Positions 1-12,409 of a stretch of 64,000 bases of DNA are shown piece after piece. A program made the translations under genes and the position numbers. The stretch is from assembly GCA_964016885.1 (NCBI GenBank), contig OZ024751.1:17980001-18044000 (forward strand). Direction: 5' to 3'. Each line of letters begins with the position of its first letter. Within the stretch, counting starts at the first letter, position 1. The stretch comes from Eledone cirrhosa (taxonomy: Eukaryota). Under the pieces are notes generated by a model, which ran no database searches, was not told where the DNA came from, and saw only the letters and a list, made by a program, of their open reading frames with translations.

Positions 1-38
1 TTCAGGGTATGGTGAACTAACTGTTGTGTAACCACTTC

Positions 39-208
<170 letters not shown>

Positions 209-335
209 AGTTTTATTTAATTTGTTGGGATACAACAAGCAAACATTTTTATAACTGATATAAAGCACTCAACAAATTTTTGGAGTAAAACTACAATATA
301 TTAACAAATGGAAACTATATTTATAAAACCATATT

Positions 336-400
336 TATTCCATGATACATATTTCAAGGACACCAAAGCAAATTATAGTGCGCTTTCATCAGATGAAATA
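336..400 (-). ncRNA. Type I hammerhead ribozyme motif (H1)
   Basis: Minus strand: tatttcat-CTGATGA-aagcgcacta...tggtgtcctt-GAAA-tatgt-ATC-atggaata, with an 8-bp stem I. Confidence 0.75.
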
Positions 401-555
401 TAATATAGATCAGTTTTATAAACAAATATTGACATACCCTTAAAGAATGCGACCATGTCGGTTGGAAGCTCATATATTATCCGGGAGCTTCCAACCGACA
501 TGGTCGCATTCTTTAAGGGTATGTCAATATTTGTTTATAAAACTGATCTATTTTA

Positions 556-620
556 TATTTTATCTGATGAAAGCGCATCATAATTTGCTTTGGTGTCCTT
601 GAAATGTGTATAATGAAATA
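556..620 (+). ncRNA. Type I hammerhead ribozyme motif (H1)
   Basis: tattttat-CTGATGA(564-570)-aagcgcatca...tggtgtcctt-GAAA(601-604)-tgtgt-ATA-atgaaata. Confidence 0.72.
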
Positions 621-954
621 AATATGGTTTTATAAATATAGTTTCCATTTGTTAATATATTGTAGTTTTACTCCAAAAATTTGTTGAGTGTTTTATATCA
701 GTTATAAAAGCGGTTATATATATATATATTTATGTTTGTTGTTTCACCACTGGATAGAACTGGTCATTCCGTATGATCAACCTCGATGTAATATCACGGA
801 GAGCACTCGACATAATGCAACTCACCCGTCTTCGTTTGTATTGTGGGTGGGGCGAATACGGAGTTAATTATTATAAAACAACATGAGGCTGGTCTGGTGT
901 AATTCCTTAAATGTTTATTATACTATGAACATTTCATATACATATATATATATG

Positions 955-1215
955 CAGAGGTTATATTTAATTTGTTGGGATTCGACAAGCTTAAACATTT
1001 TTATAACTGAAATAAAGCACTCAACAGTTTAGTGGAGTAAATATACAATATATTAATAAATGGAAATTATATTTATAAAACCATAATTATTTTATTATAT
1101 ATATTTCAAGGGCGACCAAGATAAATTATGGTGCGCTTTCATCAGATAAAATACAGATTTATTTTATAAATAAATATATGGCATACCCGGAAAAAAACAA
1201 CCTCAACGGTTGAAA
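955..1215 (-). mobile_element. H1 repeat copy with hammerhead motif at ~1090-1151
   Basis: Homologous to 205-470. Minus strand: ttttat-CTGATGA-aagcgcacca...ggtcgccctt-GAAA-tatat-ATA-ataaaa. Flanked by (TA)n. Confidence 0.8.
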
Positions 1216-1709
1216 TTCGTATATATATATATGTATATATATATATTTACATATATATATATATATATTTTTTTTTTTTCATATACATACATATATGCAT
1301 ATACATGAATATACAATACATTTATACATACGCAGGTGTCTGTATTTCTGTATACACTAACTATAACGAAGACTACAACCACCACCATCATCATTACCAA
1401 CAACAATAAAACCTTTCCAACTAGAACTATTATCATATCAAACGTCTTGCTAGTAAAAAGAAAGGTCTCACAAATCTATTTCCATCAACGTTGTTGGATT
1501 TCTGTCATCGGGTTTGGTACTGACGTGGCGTGGGCGGTATAGGTGTCACACACCTGAACTTTGAACTCTGACCTTAACTGTCAATCTACCTTCAGTCCTG
1601 TCTCATTCTGATGATGTCAGCAGAGCCCATAATTAGGAGCGTGATTACGACGTAGATGAGAATGGTTTGGGGTGGCGTCGGGGGATAATGATGACGGTGT
1701 CGATTGAAT

Positions 1710-2745
1710 GTGGTGATGGTATTGAAGGTGGTGGTGTTATGACGGTGTGGGCTGAAGGTGGTGCTGGTGGTAATGAAGGTGGTGGTGTTATGGCGGTGTG
1801 GGTTGAAGGCGGTGGTGGTGGTAATGAAAGTGGTGGTGTTATGGCGGTGTGGGCTGAAGGTGGTGATGGTAATGAAGGTGGTGGTCTTATAACGGTGTGG
1901 GCTGAAGGTGGTGGTGGTGTTATGGCGGTGTGGGTTGAAGGTGGTGGTGGTAATGAAGGTGGTGGCGTTATGGCGGTGTGGGTTGAAGGTGGTGGTGTTA
2001 ATGAAGGTGGTGGTGTTATGACGGTGATAATGATGGTGGTGGTGGCGGTGACGATAATGATGACGGTGTCAGCTCAAGGTGATGATGGTATTGAAGGTGA
2101 TCGTGTTGGTGGTGGTGGTGATGCTGTTGGTGGTGGTGATGTTGGTGATGTTGTTGTTGGTGGTGATGTTGTTGGTGGTGGTGATGTTGGTGATGTTGTT
2201 GGTAGTGGTGGTGGTGATGTTGGTGATGGTGGTGATGTTGGTGGTGGTGATGTTGGTGGTGGTGGTGATGTTGTTGGTGGTGGTGGTGATGTTGTTGGTG
2301 GTGATGCTGGCTGTGGTGGTGGTGGTGGTGATGCTGGCTGTGGTGGTGGTGGTGGTGGTGGTGATGCTGGCTGTGATGGTGGTGATGTTGTTGGTGGTGA
2401 TGCTGGCTGTGGTGGTGGTGGTGGTGATGCTGGCTGTGATGGTGGTGATGTTGTTGGTGGTGATGCTGGCTGTGATGGTGGTGATGCTGGCTGTGATGGT
2501 GGTGGTGGTGATGCTGGCTGTGATGGTGGTGATGTTGTTGGTGGTGATCTTGGCTGTGATGTTGTTGGTTGTGATGATGGTGACGTTACTGATGGTGCTG
2601 GTGATGTTGGTGTTGTTCTTCGTGGTGGTGCTGCTGCTGTTGGTGCTGCTGCTGGCAAATGATTGTGGTAATGTTGTTTTTGTTGTTGTTGTTGGTGGTG
2701 GTGGTGTTGCTGCTGGTACTATTGCTGGTGATGATGGTGATGGCC
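1710..2745. repeat. GGT/GAT-rich low-complexity tandem repeats, including ~45-50-bp units ttatggcggtgtgggctgaagg
   Basis: Degenerate trinucleotide-based repeats. Confidence 0.85.
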
Positions 2746-2785
2746 ATGTTAGTAATATTAACGTAAATGACGATGACAATGACGA

Positions 2786-2976
2786 TAATTGTTTCTACTT
2801 TTGGCACAAGGCCAGCAATTATCCCAGTGTATTACTGGTACTTCATTTTATCGACCCCGTAAGGATGAAAGGCAAAGTTAACCTCAGCGGGATTTGAACT
2901 CGGACCATAAAGTGCCGTACCTCTATGCTGCAAGGCATGGTGCCTGACCCTCTAGCGATACTGCCAATCCACCGCT
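2786..2976 (-). mobile_element. tRNA-derived SINE
   Basis: Minus strand: A-box-like TGGCAGTATCG, B box GAGTTCAAATCC, core GCCTTTCATCCTTACGGGGTCGATAAAAT..GTACCAG, then an ATT tail. About 15 copies in the window. Confidence 0.9.
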
Positions 2977-3256
2977 AACGATAATGATGACAATGATGGG
3001 GGACGATGATGTTGATAATCAGAAGATAATGGAAGTGATGATTATTATGATCATGTTCATCATATTGATGTTTCTGTTGATGATGATAGTGATGAGAAAA
3101 AGGATGACGGGAAAGAACCAGATTGTAATGATGCCGATGATGATGATGATGGTGACGACGTTTCCTTTTTTAGGACTTATATTCTATTCTGTTTGCATTT
3201 CTTTATGAATGTGATGACAAGAACAGGAAAAAAAAAAAAACGGAAAATGACAATCG

Positions 3257-3300
<44 letters not shown>

Positions 3301-3474
3301 GCATTACAATTATTATTTTGTCATTTTTTTCTTTCTCTCTACTCGAGAATAATTCACAAACACAATCATTATGATTTATAGTGGCATTATAGATGTTTAT
3401 ATATATATATATATATATATGGGTATGTGTGTGTGTGTGTGTGTGCAGAGAGAGAAGGAGAGAGAGAAGGGGAA

Positions 3475-3515
<41 letters not shown>

Positions 3516-3659
3516 TATTCTAAGGCCAATAACCTTCTATATTATATTCTAACCACCATTTTAAAAGGAAAATAGTCGAAATAAGACACGGATGGGTTTC
3601 GAATCTCGTATCAATGACTTAACAGATAGATAGACTGACAAACACACATACCTGTCTAC

Positions 3660-3694
<35 letters not shown>

Positions 3695-3905
3695 TACCTA
3701 CCTACGCGCATACATACACTGACACACACACACATTACCTACCTACATACATACATACATACATACATACATAGAAACACACACATATACCTACGTACAT
3801 ACATAGTTACACACACAGACCTACCTACCTACATACATATATATACACACATATATACATGTATACATATATTCATACACATACGCACGTACATATATAT
3901 ATATG

Positions 3906-4150
3906 TAATTAGAAAGTGAACAACACAGTATATAACTACTCCATTACCAAAGGTTTCAGGACTCAAAACAATATTAACATGTCTGGTTCGCTCATCAGAC
4001 AGAGGAGTTATATATAACGAACCAGACATATGTTAATATTGTCTAGAATCCTGAAACCTTTGGTAATGGAGTAGTTATATATTGTGCTGTTCACTCTCTA
4101 ATTAAATAGCTCTATTTTATACATAGAGCACTCTTTTTTCCTTTGCAACA
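3906..4150. mobile_element. Hammerhead-bearing repeat, family H2, as a head-to-head inverted pair (arms 3906-3990 and 4018-4104)
   Basis: The arms are reverse complements with a short TA-containing spacer. Confidence 0.8.
3939..4004 (-). ncRNA. Type I hammerhead ribozyme motif (H2)
   Basis: ctctgt-CTGATGA-(long irregular stem II)-GAAA-cc-ttt-g-GTA-atggag. Stems I and III pair. Confidence 0.6.
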
Positions 4151-4152
4151 TA

Positions 4153-4253
<101 letters not shown>

Positions 4254-4341
4254 GTTCGATCATAGAGGGAACAAAACGTTTATATATGTGTGTGTGTGTG
4301 TGTGTGTTCGATCATAGAGGGAACAAAACGTTTATATATAT

Positions 4342-4390
<49 letters not shown>

Positions 4391-4609
4391 TATAGAAAGA
4401 TAGACAGACGGATAGATAGATAGATAGATAAAAGAAGCAGCAAACCTAACACGACAAAAATATCAGACGAACTTATCAGCTGACAAATAAATGGACTGAC
4501 CCATCTATACACGCGTAGAAACGTTATCCTTCTATCGTCACACGCAATATCATATTATATATATATTTATCATATATATATTTGTCATATATATAAATAT
4601 GTGTATGTA

Positions 4610-4648
<39 letters not shown>

Positions 4649-5804
4649 ACTGTTGTGCATAGGATGTGGCTTTTTCGTACAAAGCCTCTCGCAGCGGGTG
4701 GGTAAAGTTACAAACCGGAAGTTAAAACACTGACCAGGAATATCTCCAGTGTGTCCTGCCAACTTAGCTGGAATCTCAGCATCGGAGACAGCTCAGTTAA
4801 CACTTCCGTTTTCTCTCTTCTCGCCTCTTCTTCTCTCCACCCTCTCTCTTTCGCTCCACCTCTTCAGCTCTCTAACTCTCTCAACCCATCGCTCTCTCTA
4901 TCTATCCCTCCCTCTTTCTACACTCGAGATGTAACATCGACAAAAATCACGAAGGACACAAAGTTAAACAGATGAAAAAAAATAAAAATAAAAAAAATAT
5001 ATATCAATAAAAATGCTTCCAGGAAAAAAAGCTGAAATAGCAAAATGAGAATTCCTACTATTATTTGTCACTGTATATATCCGCGTGTGTGTGTGTGTGT
5101 TATTTTACATACATTATATGTGTGTGTGTGTGTATATATACCTATCTCTCTCTCTATATACACACACACACACACAGACATATGGATTGAGGAAGGCGAG
5201 GCTGTGTGGTTATTGTTAACGAGTGTTAGAAGGTAAGGCGACACAAACAAGAGATGGACAGTTTCCCTTCGTCAGCTGTTATAAACAGAACATCTATCCA
5301 TAACGCGCCCATAGCCTTTTATCTATCAAAAAGCCATGAGTGAAAGAAGTGATAGCGAAGAGAAAGAAAAAATGGGACGAAGAAAAAAAGGAAAAAGTGA
5401 AGTAAACTTACTGATAGTATGGGGAACACAGGACAATGGCACATGTAAGTGAGTAACCGAAGAGATAACAGATCAAGTTAAACAAAGCCGTTGGGCTTAA
5501 GCCCGGGGGCCATATAACAGAGAAGCTAGGTAAATCCTTGACAATTCTCAGTAAAGTTAGTGCAGAAAGAGAGAAATACGGAGAAACCGGAAGTGAAAGA
5601 GTGTAGAACGCAGAGCGGGTGAGAGAGAGGAGGAGGGAAAAGGAGTTAATCCAAAAGGGTGTACGACGCACATGCAACCGGGACCGACAAGCAGGCCAAT
5701 CGATAGAGAGATAAAGATAGAGATAGATAGAGATAGAGAGAGATAGAGAGAGAGAGAGAAAGGGAGGGAGTTGATCCAAAAGCGTGGCGAGAAATATATC
5801 ATAA

Positions 5805-5910
5805 ATGTTTCTACATTTGGCACAAGGCCAGCAATTACTAGTGTTTTATGTTATCGATCCCGTAAGGATGAAAGGCAAAGTTAATCCCGGCGGGATTTGA
5901 ACTCTCACCG
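5805..5910 (-). mobile_element. SINE, 5'-truncated
   Basis: B box, core and tail of the SINE family. Confidence 0.85.
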
Positions 5911-6999
5911 TAATATAAATCTAAGTTGTAGCCGCAGTATTAGCAGATAACAATCGAATCCTTTAAGGCAGCTACAAAGCACTCAATGGTATGAAAAGTT
6001 AATACGTTTTCACCCAAAGTAAACACAAACAGTTAATAAAGTTTAACACCAAGAATAAAGTGCCCCAAAGGATGTTGCCAAATTCAACAACGATATACAC
6101 AATTAGGTCGAACACTAATCTATATATATGTATATATATATATATATATATATAAATATATGTATATAAATAGGGAAACACAAAGCAGGCTTTGTTTACA
6201 AGTGGTTAGCACATTTGAAAAGTATGTAGTAACACGTGTTACATCGTATTTGACTCCATAGCTTTAGTGACTTAGTTGGGATTTTTAAAAGAACCTCTGA
6301 ATGGAAAAAAGGATGAGTATTGACGTACATGGGACACGAACCCACATCTTTGGTTTGCTGGACCAATGTGTTACCATATATATATATAATGGAAAAAAGA
6401 TGAGTATTGACGTACATGTACGTCAGTGTTCATCTGTTTCCATTTCTCTGAGGGTTCTAAACCCCACTATCAGGCTAAAATTTCTTTAGTGAAAAAATAC
6501 GGTGAAAGCTTCTATTTTCTAATTTAAAACTTGTTTCAAAACATACATACCCCCCCCCCCACACACACACACTCTCAAAGGCGTGAATCTAATAAACCTT
6601 TGTTTGTCTGCCTCTCTGTTTTGTTCCCGTATAAATGTGCACTATATATATATATATAATAAATGCGAAGACTAAAATCCGAAGAGGGTTCGATAAGGAT
6701 TATATATATATAAATATATATAAGAACCGTAGAGTAAATATTTATTAAAATAAAAAATATTTATACATACATGCGTCTGTGCTGATATATGTATATATAT
6801 ACATATATGCAGACATATATTATATAAGGAGTTTTGAAAATATAAACGGTGTCTAGATATATTACATCCATTTTCAAATCATATTGTATCATCTCACGAG
6901 AGAGAAAATAAATGCGTTGCCATGGCTGGAACGCCTTTTATCATAGGTGTACTAAGTTTCTGCCAATCACGGAACCACTATTTGCTAGGTCACATCATA

Positions 7000-7194
7000 T
7001 ACGAGGGGCTGCAGAAACGATCCTAGCTATGGGTGAAATAAAATACAGGAGAATCAGTTAGTTATAATTTCATTCAACAAATTCTTTTCACAGATTCACA
7101 CACTTATTACAGCGGTACTGCCTCCCTTGTAAAATAACAGCTCTACCCTTTCTCGATACTCTTAAAACCAGGGTCTTTTCAGCACCCCCTCGTA
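7000..7194. mobile_element. Mariner-like MITE
   Basis: Ends TA-CGAGGGG..CTG.AGAAA and TTTTCAGCACCCCCTCG-TA: imperfect TIRs with TA flanks. Confidence 0.7.
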
Positions 7195-7480
7195 GCCTTA
7201 TAATGGGGTAATATTTCCTCCGTAAATCATGTTCTCATCGTCGAAACCGACGGAATTCTATTCGCCAATGTAAGAAAAGAATTTTAGATATATGGGTATA
7301 TACAAGGTGCGGACGGTATTTGAGGACAGATTTATGATTTAAAAAAAAAAAGCTCATATATAATAGAAAAAAATTGTATTCTTATAAATTTAATATAAAC
7401 ATAAAACTAAATCATCAATTTAATAATTTCATTCAATAAAACCAGCATCAGCATCAATAACTGCCCCCCCCCCCCCCATC

Positions 7481-7618
7481 TTATTTCTCATTCTTTCTTC
7501 TGATGAAGGACTAGCGTCCGAAACGTTAAGACCCTCTCCCTGCTATATCAAGCGTCAACCTAATATATACCTTCCATATACTGTACCGATTGTGTTGTTA
7601 TTTCTGTTTACCTTTTAC

Positions 7619-7620
<2 letters not shown>
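7481..7620 (+). mobile_element. Hammerhead-bearing repeat, family H6
   Basis: Other copies at 8897-9033 (-) and 29132-29263 (-, decayed). The 3' end runs into (TA)n. Confidence 0.8.
7496..7531 (+). ncRNA. Minimal type I hammerhead ribozyme (H6)
   Basis: tctt-CTGATGA-a-GGAC-tagc-GTCC-GAA-ACGT-T-aaga. The palindromic ACGT stem III is typical of Penelope-associated minimal hammerheads. Confidence 0.85.
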
Positions 7621-7664
<44 letters not shown>

Positions 7665-7979
7665 GAGAGAGAGAGATTAATAGATAGATCAATGTTGGGC
7701 TAAAAACTGGCTGTTCTTGAAACGCCATCGTCAGTTCTTTTATATCTTTATATTGACAGATAAATTGATATCACGCCTGCACAGTTTCTATTACAAATAT
7801 CAGAGAGTAAAGGTTGCTTAGTTCCAATAGCACCGCGTGATATGTGATTTTAGAGATATTTATATGATATATATATATGGTGGGGTCTGTCTTTCTGTCT
7901 GTATACATACATAAGTGTGTGCACGCACACACCCAAACACGCACACACACATTATATATTTATACACACACATATATAT

Positions 7980-8019
<40 letters not shown>

Positions 8020-8794
8020 AAAATAAACCATTGCAGATATCGGAATCATTAATATATATGTATATTCTAGACAAGATTGCCAAAGAAAGACATTTCTCTA
8101 CCTACATGTTCGTTGAACACAATACCAGTTCTTTAGTCAACTCTTTCAAACCACAGACAAGAAAGAGTTAAAATGTTCCCAACATTATTACATGTGTATT
8201 ACTCTACCATTCTATACACGTCCATTAATCTATATGTCTATTACTCTACCACTTTTATACCCCTCTTCCAACGTGCAGTATTTTTCCAGTGTGCAGTATT
8301 TATGTTTTATAACTTTGACAAAGCCTCCAGTATTTACAGCTTGATGTCCACAAAAGTAATGCTGAGTTCCTGAGTTCAGTTTCAAATTTTGAATTACTTT
8401 GTTATAAATATAATATACACATACACTCATTCCTGTCTAAGTATAAATATCTCTTCTTTTTGATTTTTATCATCATTGTTTATCAAAATGTGTATAGGTT
8501 TAATTATAACAGGAGCCCTTAAAAAATTCATTTAGATGAATTATTTCTTTGGTAGAGATACTGTGAAGCATTGATCTGCACACACAAAGACATTCATTTT
8601 GTTCTATGATAACTGAAAATGGACAAATAACTAAGCAATGCTTTCTTTCATGTCAATATCGTTTCGAAGGATTTAGCTGAGATTGACGGTATGGACAATA
8701 TAATAGAAATACCAACATAGAATTGAAACTAGATATCACATATGAAAGACAGAATTTACAAATGTCTGCACATAGAGTATTGGGTATAAATATA

Positions 8795-8857
<63 letters not shown>

Positions 8858-8896
8858 TATTTTCTCTAAAGTATGGATTCCTAAGTTGTGCGTGTG

Positions 8897-9033
8897 TGTA
8901 AAAGGTAAACAGAAATAACAACACAATCGGGACAGTATATGAAAGGAATATATTAGGTTAACGCTTGGTATAGCAGGGAGAGGGTCTTAACGTTTCGGAT
9001 GCTTGTCTGTCATCAGAAGAAAGAATGAGAAAT
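8897..9033 (-). mobile_element. H6 copy; hammerhead at 8985-9020 with mutated stem II
   Basis: Reverse complement of 7481-7620. Confidence 0.8.
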
Positions 9034-9098
9034 TAGAAAGATTGAAGGGAGGGGTTAGGCGAAATCGGAAAACAAATAGTTTTAGAGAAAAATAAATG

Positions 9099-9174
9099 CA
9101 GTGTCTCAAAAAATGTATACATACTTCAACAACATTCTAATAAATATGTGTATACATTTTGGGAGGACACCCTG
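9099..9174. mobile_element. Tc1/mariner-like tiny MITE (same family as 42752-42840)
   Basis: Ends gtgtctcaaaaaatg and cattttgggaggacaccctg-TA. Confidence 0.6.
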
Positions 9175-9867
9175 TATATATGAGTCTTGTCTAAATGATC
9201 CTGTAAGTGTACAAGTGAAACTCTTGAGTAACAAGACTCACAATTTAGCCATAAAATACATACATACATATATAATATATATATATATATAAATATATAA
9301 GTGTGTGTGTGTCTGCGCGCGCGTACGTGTATATATGTGCGAGTGTTTGAACAAGCGAAATATGCTTGCTCCTCCAACAGCCAAAGTAATGCTATATGAC
9401 TGGAGGTAAACAATTGCTGTTTGTACAGCTAGCTACTTAAATGATCTAAATTTGACATTATACTATAGTGGTCTATGCAAGGGGACAGTATGTTCCCAAT
9501 TAGTTGTTCGAATCCCATAGTTGCTTTTTGTCAAAATTCCCTGTCATATATAAATGGCAGTAGTTCCAGTTGCACGCATTTAAAGACTGTTGCAGTGGTT
9601 CTGAGAACAATGCGGCTTTGCAGACGATAAATGCAAATTGACAATGGAAACGTGCTCCCGCTCGAGTTAGAAGAGAACTATTGATCTTCAGGAGAAGATG
9701 CTACATCTGATTGTATTCAGCAACCGAAATAAATATGAAGTACACCAAATACAATGCTCCTAGGGGCGGCCCTGGTCCTTCTTATTTGCGAGTGTAAACT
9801 CAACCAAATTACATTAGATTAGATATTTAATTTTATTTAATTTTAAATTTATCATAAAATAACTTAA

Positions 9868-9898
<31 letters not shown>

Positions 9899-9901
<3 letters not shown>

Positions 9902-10005
9902 CGGAGGAAATGTGGTAAGGAACCAGGTGGACCATAACGCACCAAAGTACTCAATACTTATGGTAGTAGAGTGGGTAATAGGAACGAGTAGGACCCCGAC
10001 GTTCC
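9899..10005 (-). mobile_element. Repeat family H7 (ggtaaggaaccaggtggaccataacgcacc) inside (TA)n
   Basis: Seven loci in the window, each adjoining TA repeats. Strand is assigned from the GAAA-containing orientation seen in longer copies. Confidence 0.8.
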
Positions 10006-10124
10006 TATATATATATATATATATTTGCAAGTGTGCATATAAATATGAAACATAAGATAGATAAATAGGTATATAGGTAGAGAGATAGATAGAGAGACAT
10101 GTAGATTGATAGATATATAGATAT

Positions 10125-10169
10125 ATTTCTTTATTAGCCACAGGGGCACAAAAGAAGGGGACAAATACA
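10125..10169 (-). mobile_element. Tx1 (GATA lineage) extreme 3'-end fragment, 45 bp
   Basis: Identical to the 3' terminus at 40881-40925. GATA-type repeats on both sides. Confidence 0.85.
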
Positions 10170-10172
10170 TAT

Positions 10173-10217
<45 letters not shown>

Positions 10218-10219
10218 AG

Positions 10220-10268
<49 letters not shown>

Positions 10269-10300
10269 GTAGGTAGGTAGATAGATAGATAGATAGATAT

Positions 10301-10541
10301 ATTTCTTTATTAGCCACAGGGGCACAAAAGAAGGGGACAAATACAAAGGGGGAAGTTTACATACAATAAAAACGTGTAAAATGTTATCACAGATGGAATT
10401 TAAAAGTTAGTCGATTTTCCCCAATAGAGGGAGACAGTTTATATGGGTAACACATACCCCCGAAAAAATGTGCAACCCTCATCTCCAGGAGTACGAAGAG
10501 CTTGTACTCCTTTCCTCTCCTCCTCCTTTTCCTCAATCTAC

Positions 10542-10543
<2 letters not shown>
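10301..10543 (-). mobile_element. Tx1 (GATA lineage) 3' UTR-only copy
   Basis: Near-identical to 40881-41125 and truncated at the ORF2 stop codon. (GATA)n on both sides. Confidence 0.92.
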
Positions 10544-10617
<74 letters not shown>

Positions 10618-10984
10618 CGATGTATGATAGAGAGACAGAGCGAGAAGACTGAGAAAGTGACAGAAAAAAATAAAGACATATGAGATTCTGAAACAATGTG
10701 GAAAAGTGTGCTGATAGAAAGTAGGAAGGAAGGAAATTCTACTTCTTTTCTTCCATCCCATCCAACCCCAACCACTGTGCCACACAATTCCTGTGTTTCT
10801 CCTTGGGATACTGGAGCTGAATTTGTTTTTCTCGGCCCATACAAAAGGGATCACATTTACATGAGAAACTTGGCTTCTCCTCTTTCTGAACCTGGTTGTG
10901 ATCGAATTCGATACGATGAAAATGTTTGGTGGAGGAAACGACGGACGTAGAGAGGACATATACCAACAAGAGTAGATGTAAGAA

Positions 10985-11700
<716 letters not shown>

Positions 11701-11778
11701 ACAGCGATGACTAATTTGACAGTCCAAAAAACAAACAAACAAACAACCGATGACATTGAAATCAACATTTTTGTCATC

Positions 11779-11873
11779 AACTTTGCCTTTCATCCTTACG
11801 GGGTCGATAAAATAAAGTACCAGTAATACACTAAAATAATTGCTGGCCTTGTGCCTAAAGTAGAAACAATTAT
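11779..11873 (+). mobile_element. SINE, 3' half
   Basis: Core and tail of the SINE family. Confidence 0.85.
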
Positions 11874-11914
11874 TGTCATAAAAATGAATAACAACATAAA
11901 CATTGATAATAATA

Positions 11915-12133
11915 ATAGTTTCTACATTAGGCACAAGGCCAGCAATTTGAAGCAGGGGCGAAATGTCTATTAAAGCGACCCCAGGGCATTACTGCTAATT
12001 TATTTCATCGAGCCCGTAAGGGTGAAAGGCAAAGTTAACCTCGGCGGGATTTGAACTCAGACCGTAAAGGAGCGTAACTTTATGCTGCAAAGCATGGTGT
12101 CCGATACTCTACCAATTACAGCCTATCCACCAA
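11915..12133 (-). mobile_element. SINE (longer variant)
   Basis: B box, core, ~30 bp extra internal sequence, ATT tail. Confidence 0.85.
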
Positions 12134-12409
12134 TCTTAATAATAATAATAATAATGATTTCATTTATTGGCCACAAGGGCCGACATATAGGGGACAACAC
12201 AATAGACAGGGACAGTGGGGGTTTACATAGAGATCGAGTAAGTATAAATAACAAAAAAAACAAAATAACAATAAAAATACAACAATGAAAGTTCCCCAAT
12301 AAGAGGGATCACCACCCAGGGTTGACTCAAGCACCCCACCAGTCCTGAGCCACCCGACGCTCCTAGGGCACCCGGGAAGGGCACCCCTCTCCTTCTCGAA
12401 TTCACCAGC

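Noticed and set aside
1667-2897. Gly-rich, Thr-rich and Pro-rich ORFs
   Set aside because: Open in several frames on both strands, typical of GGT low-complexity DNA.
4254-6418. Short direct duplications (gttcgatcatagagggaacaaaacgttta twice; aatggaaaaaa.gatgagtattgacgtacatg twice)
   Set aside because: Most simply local slippage or duplication next to microsatellites.
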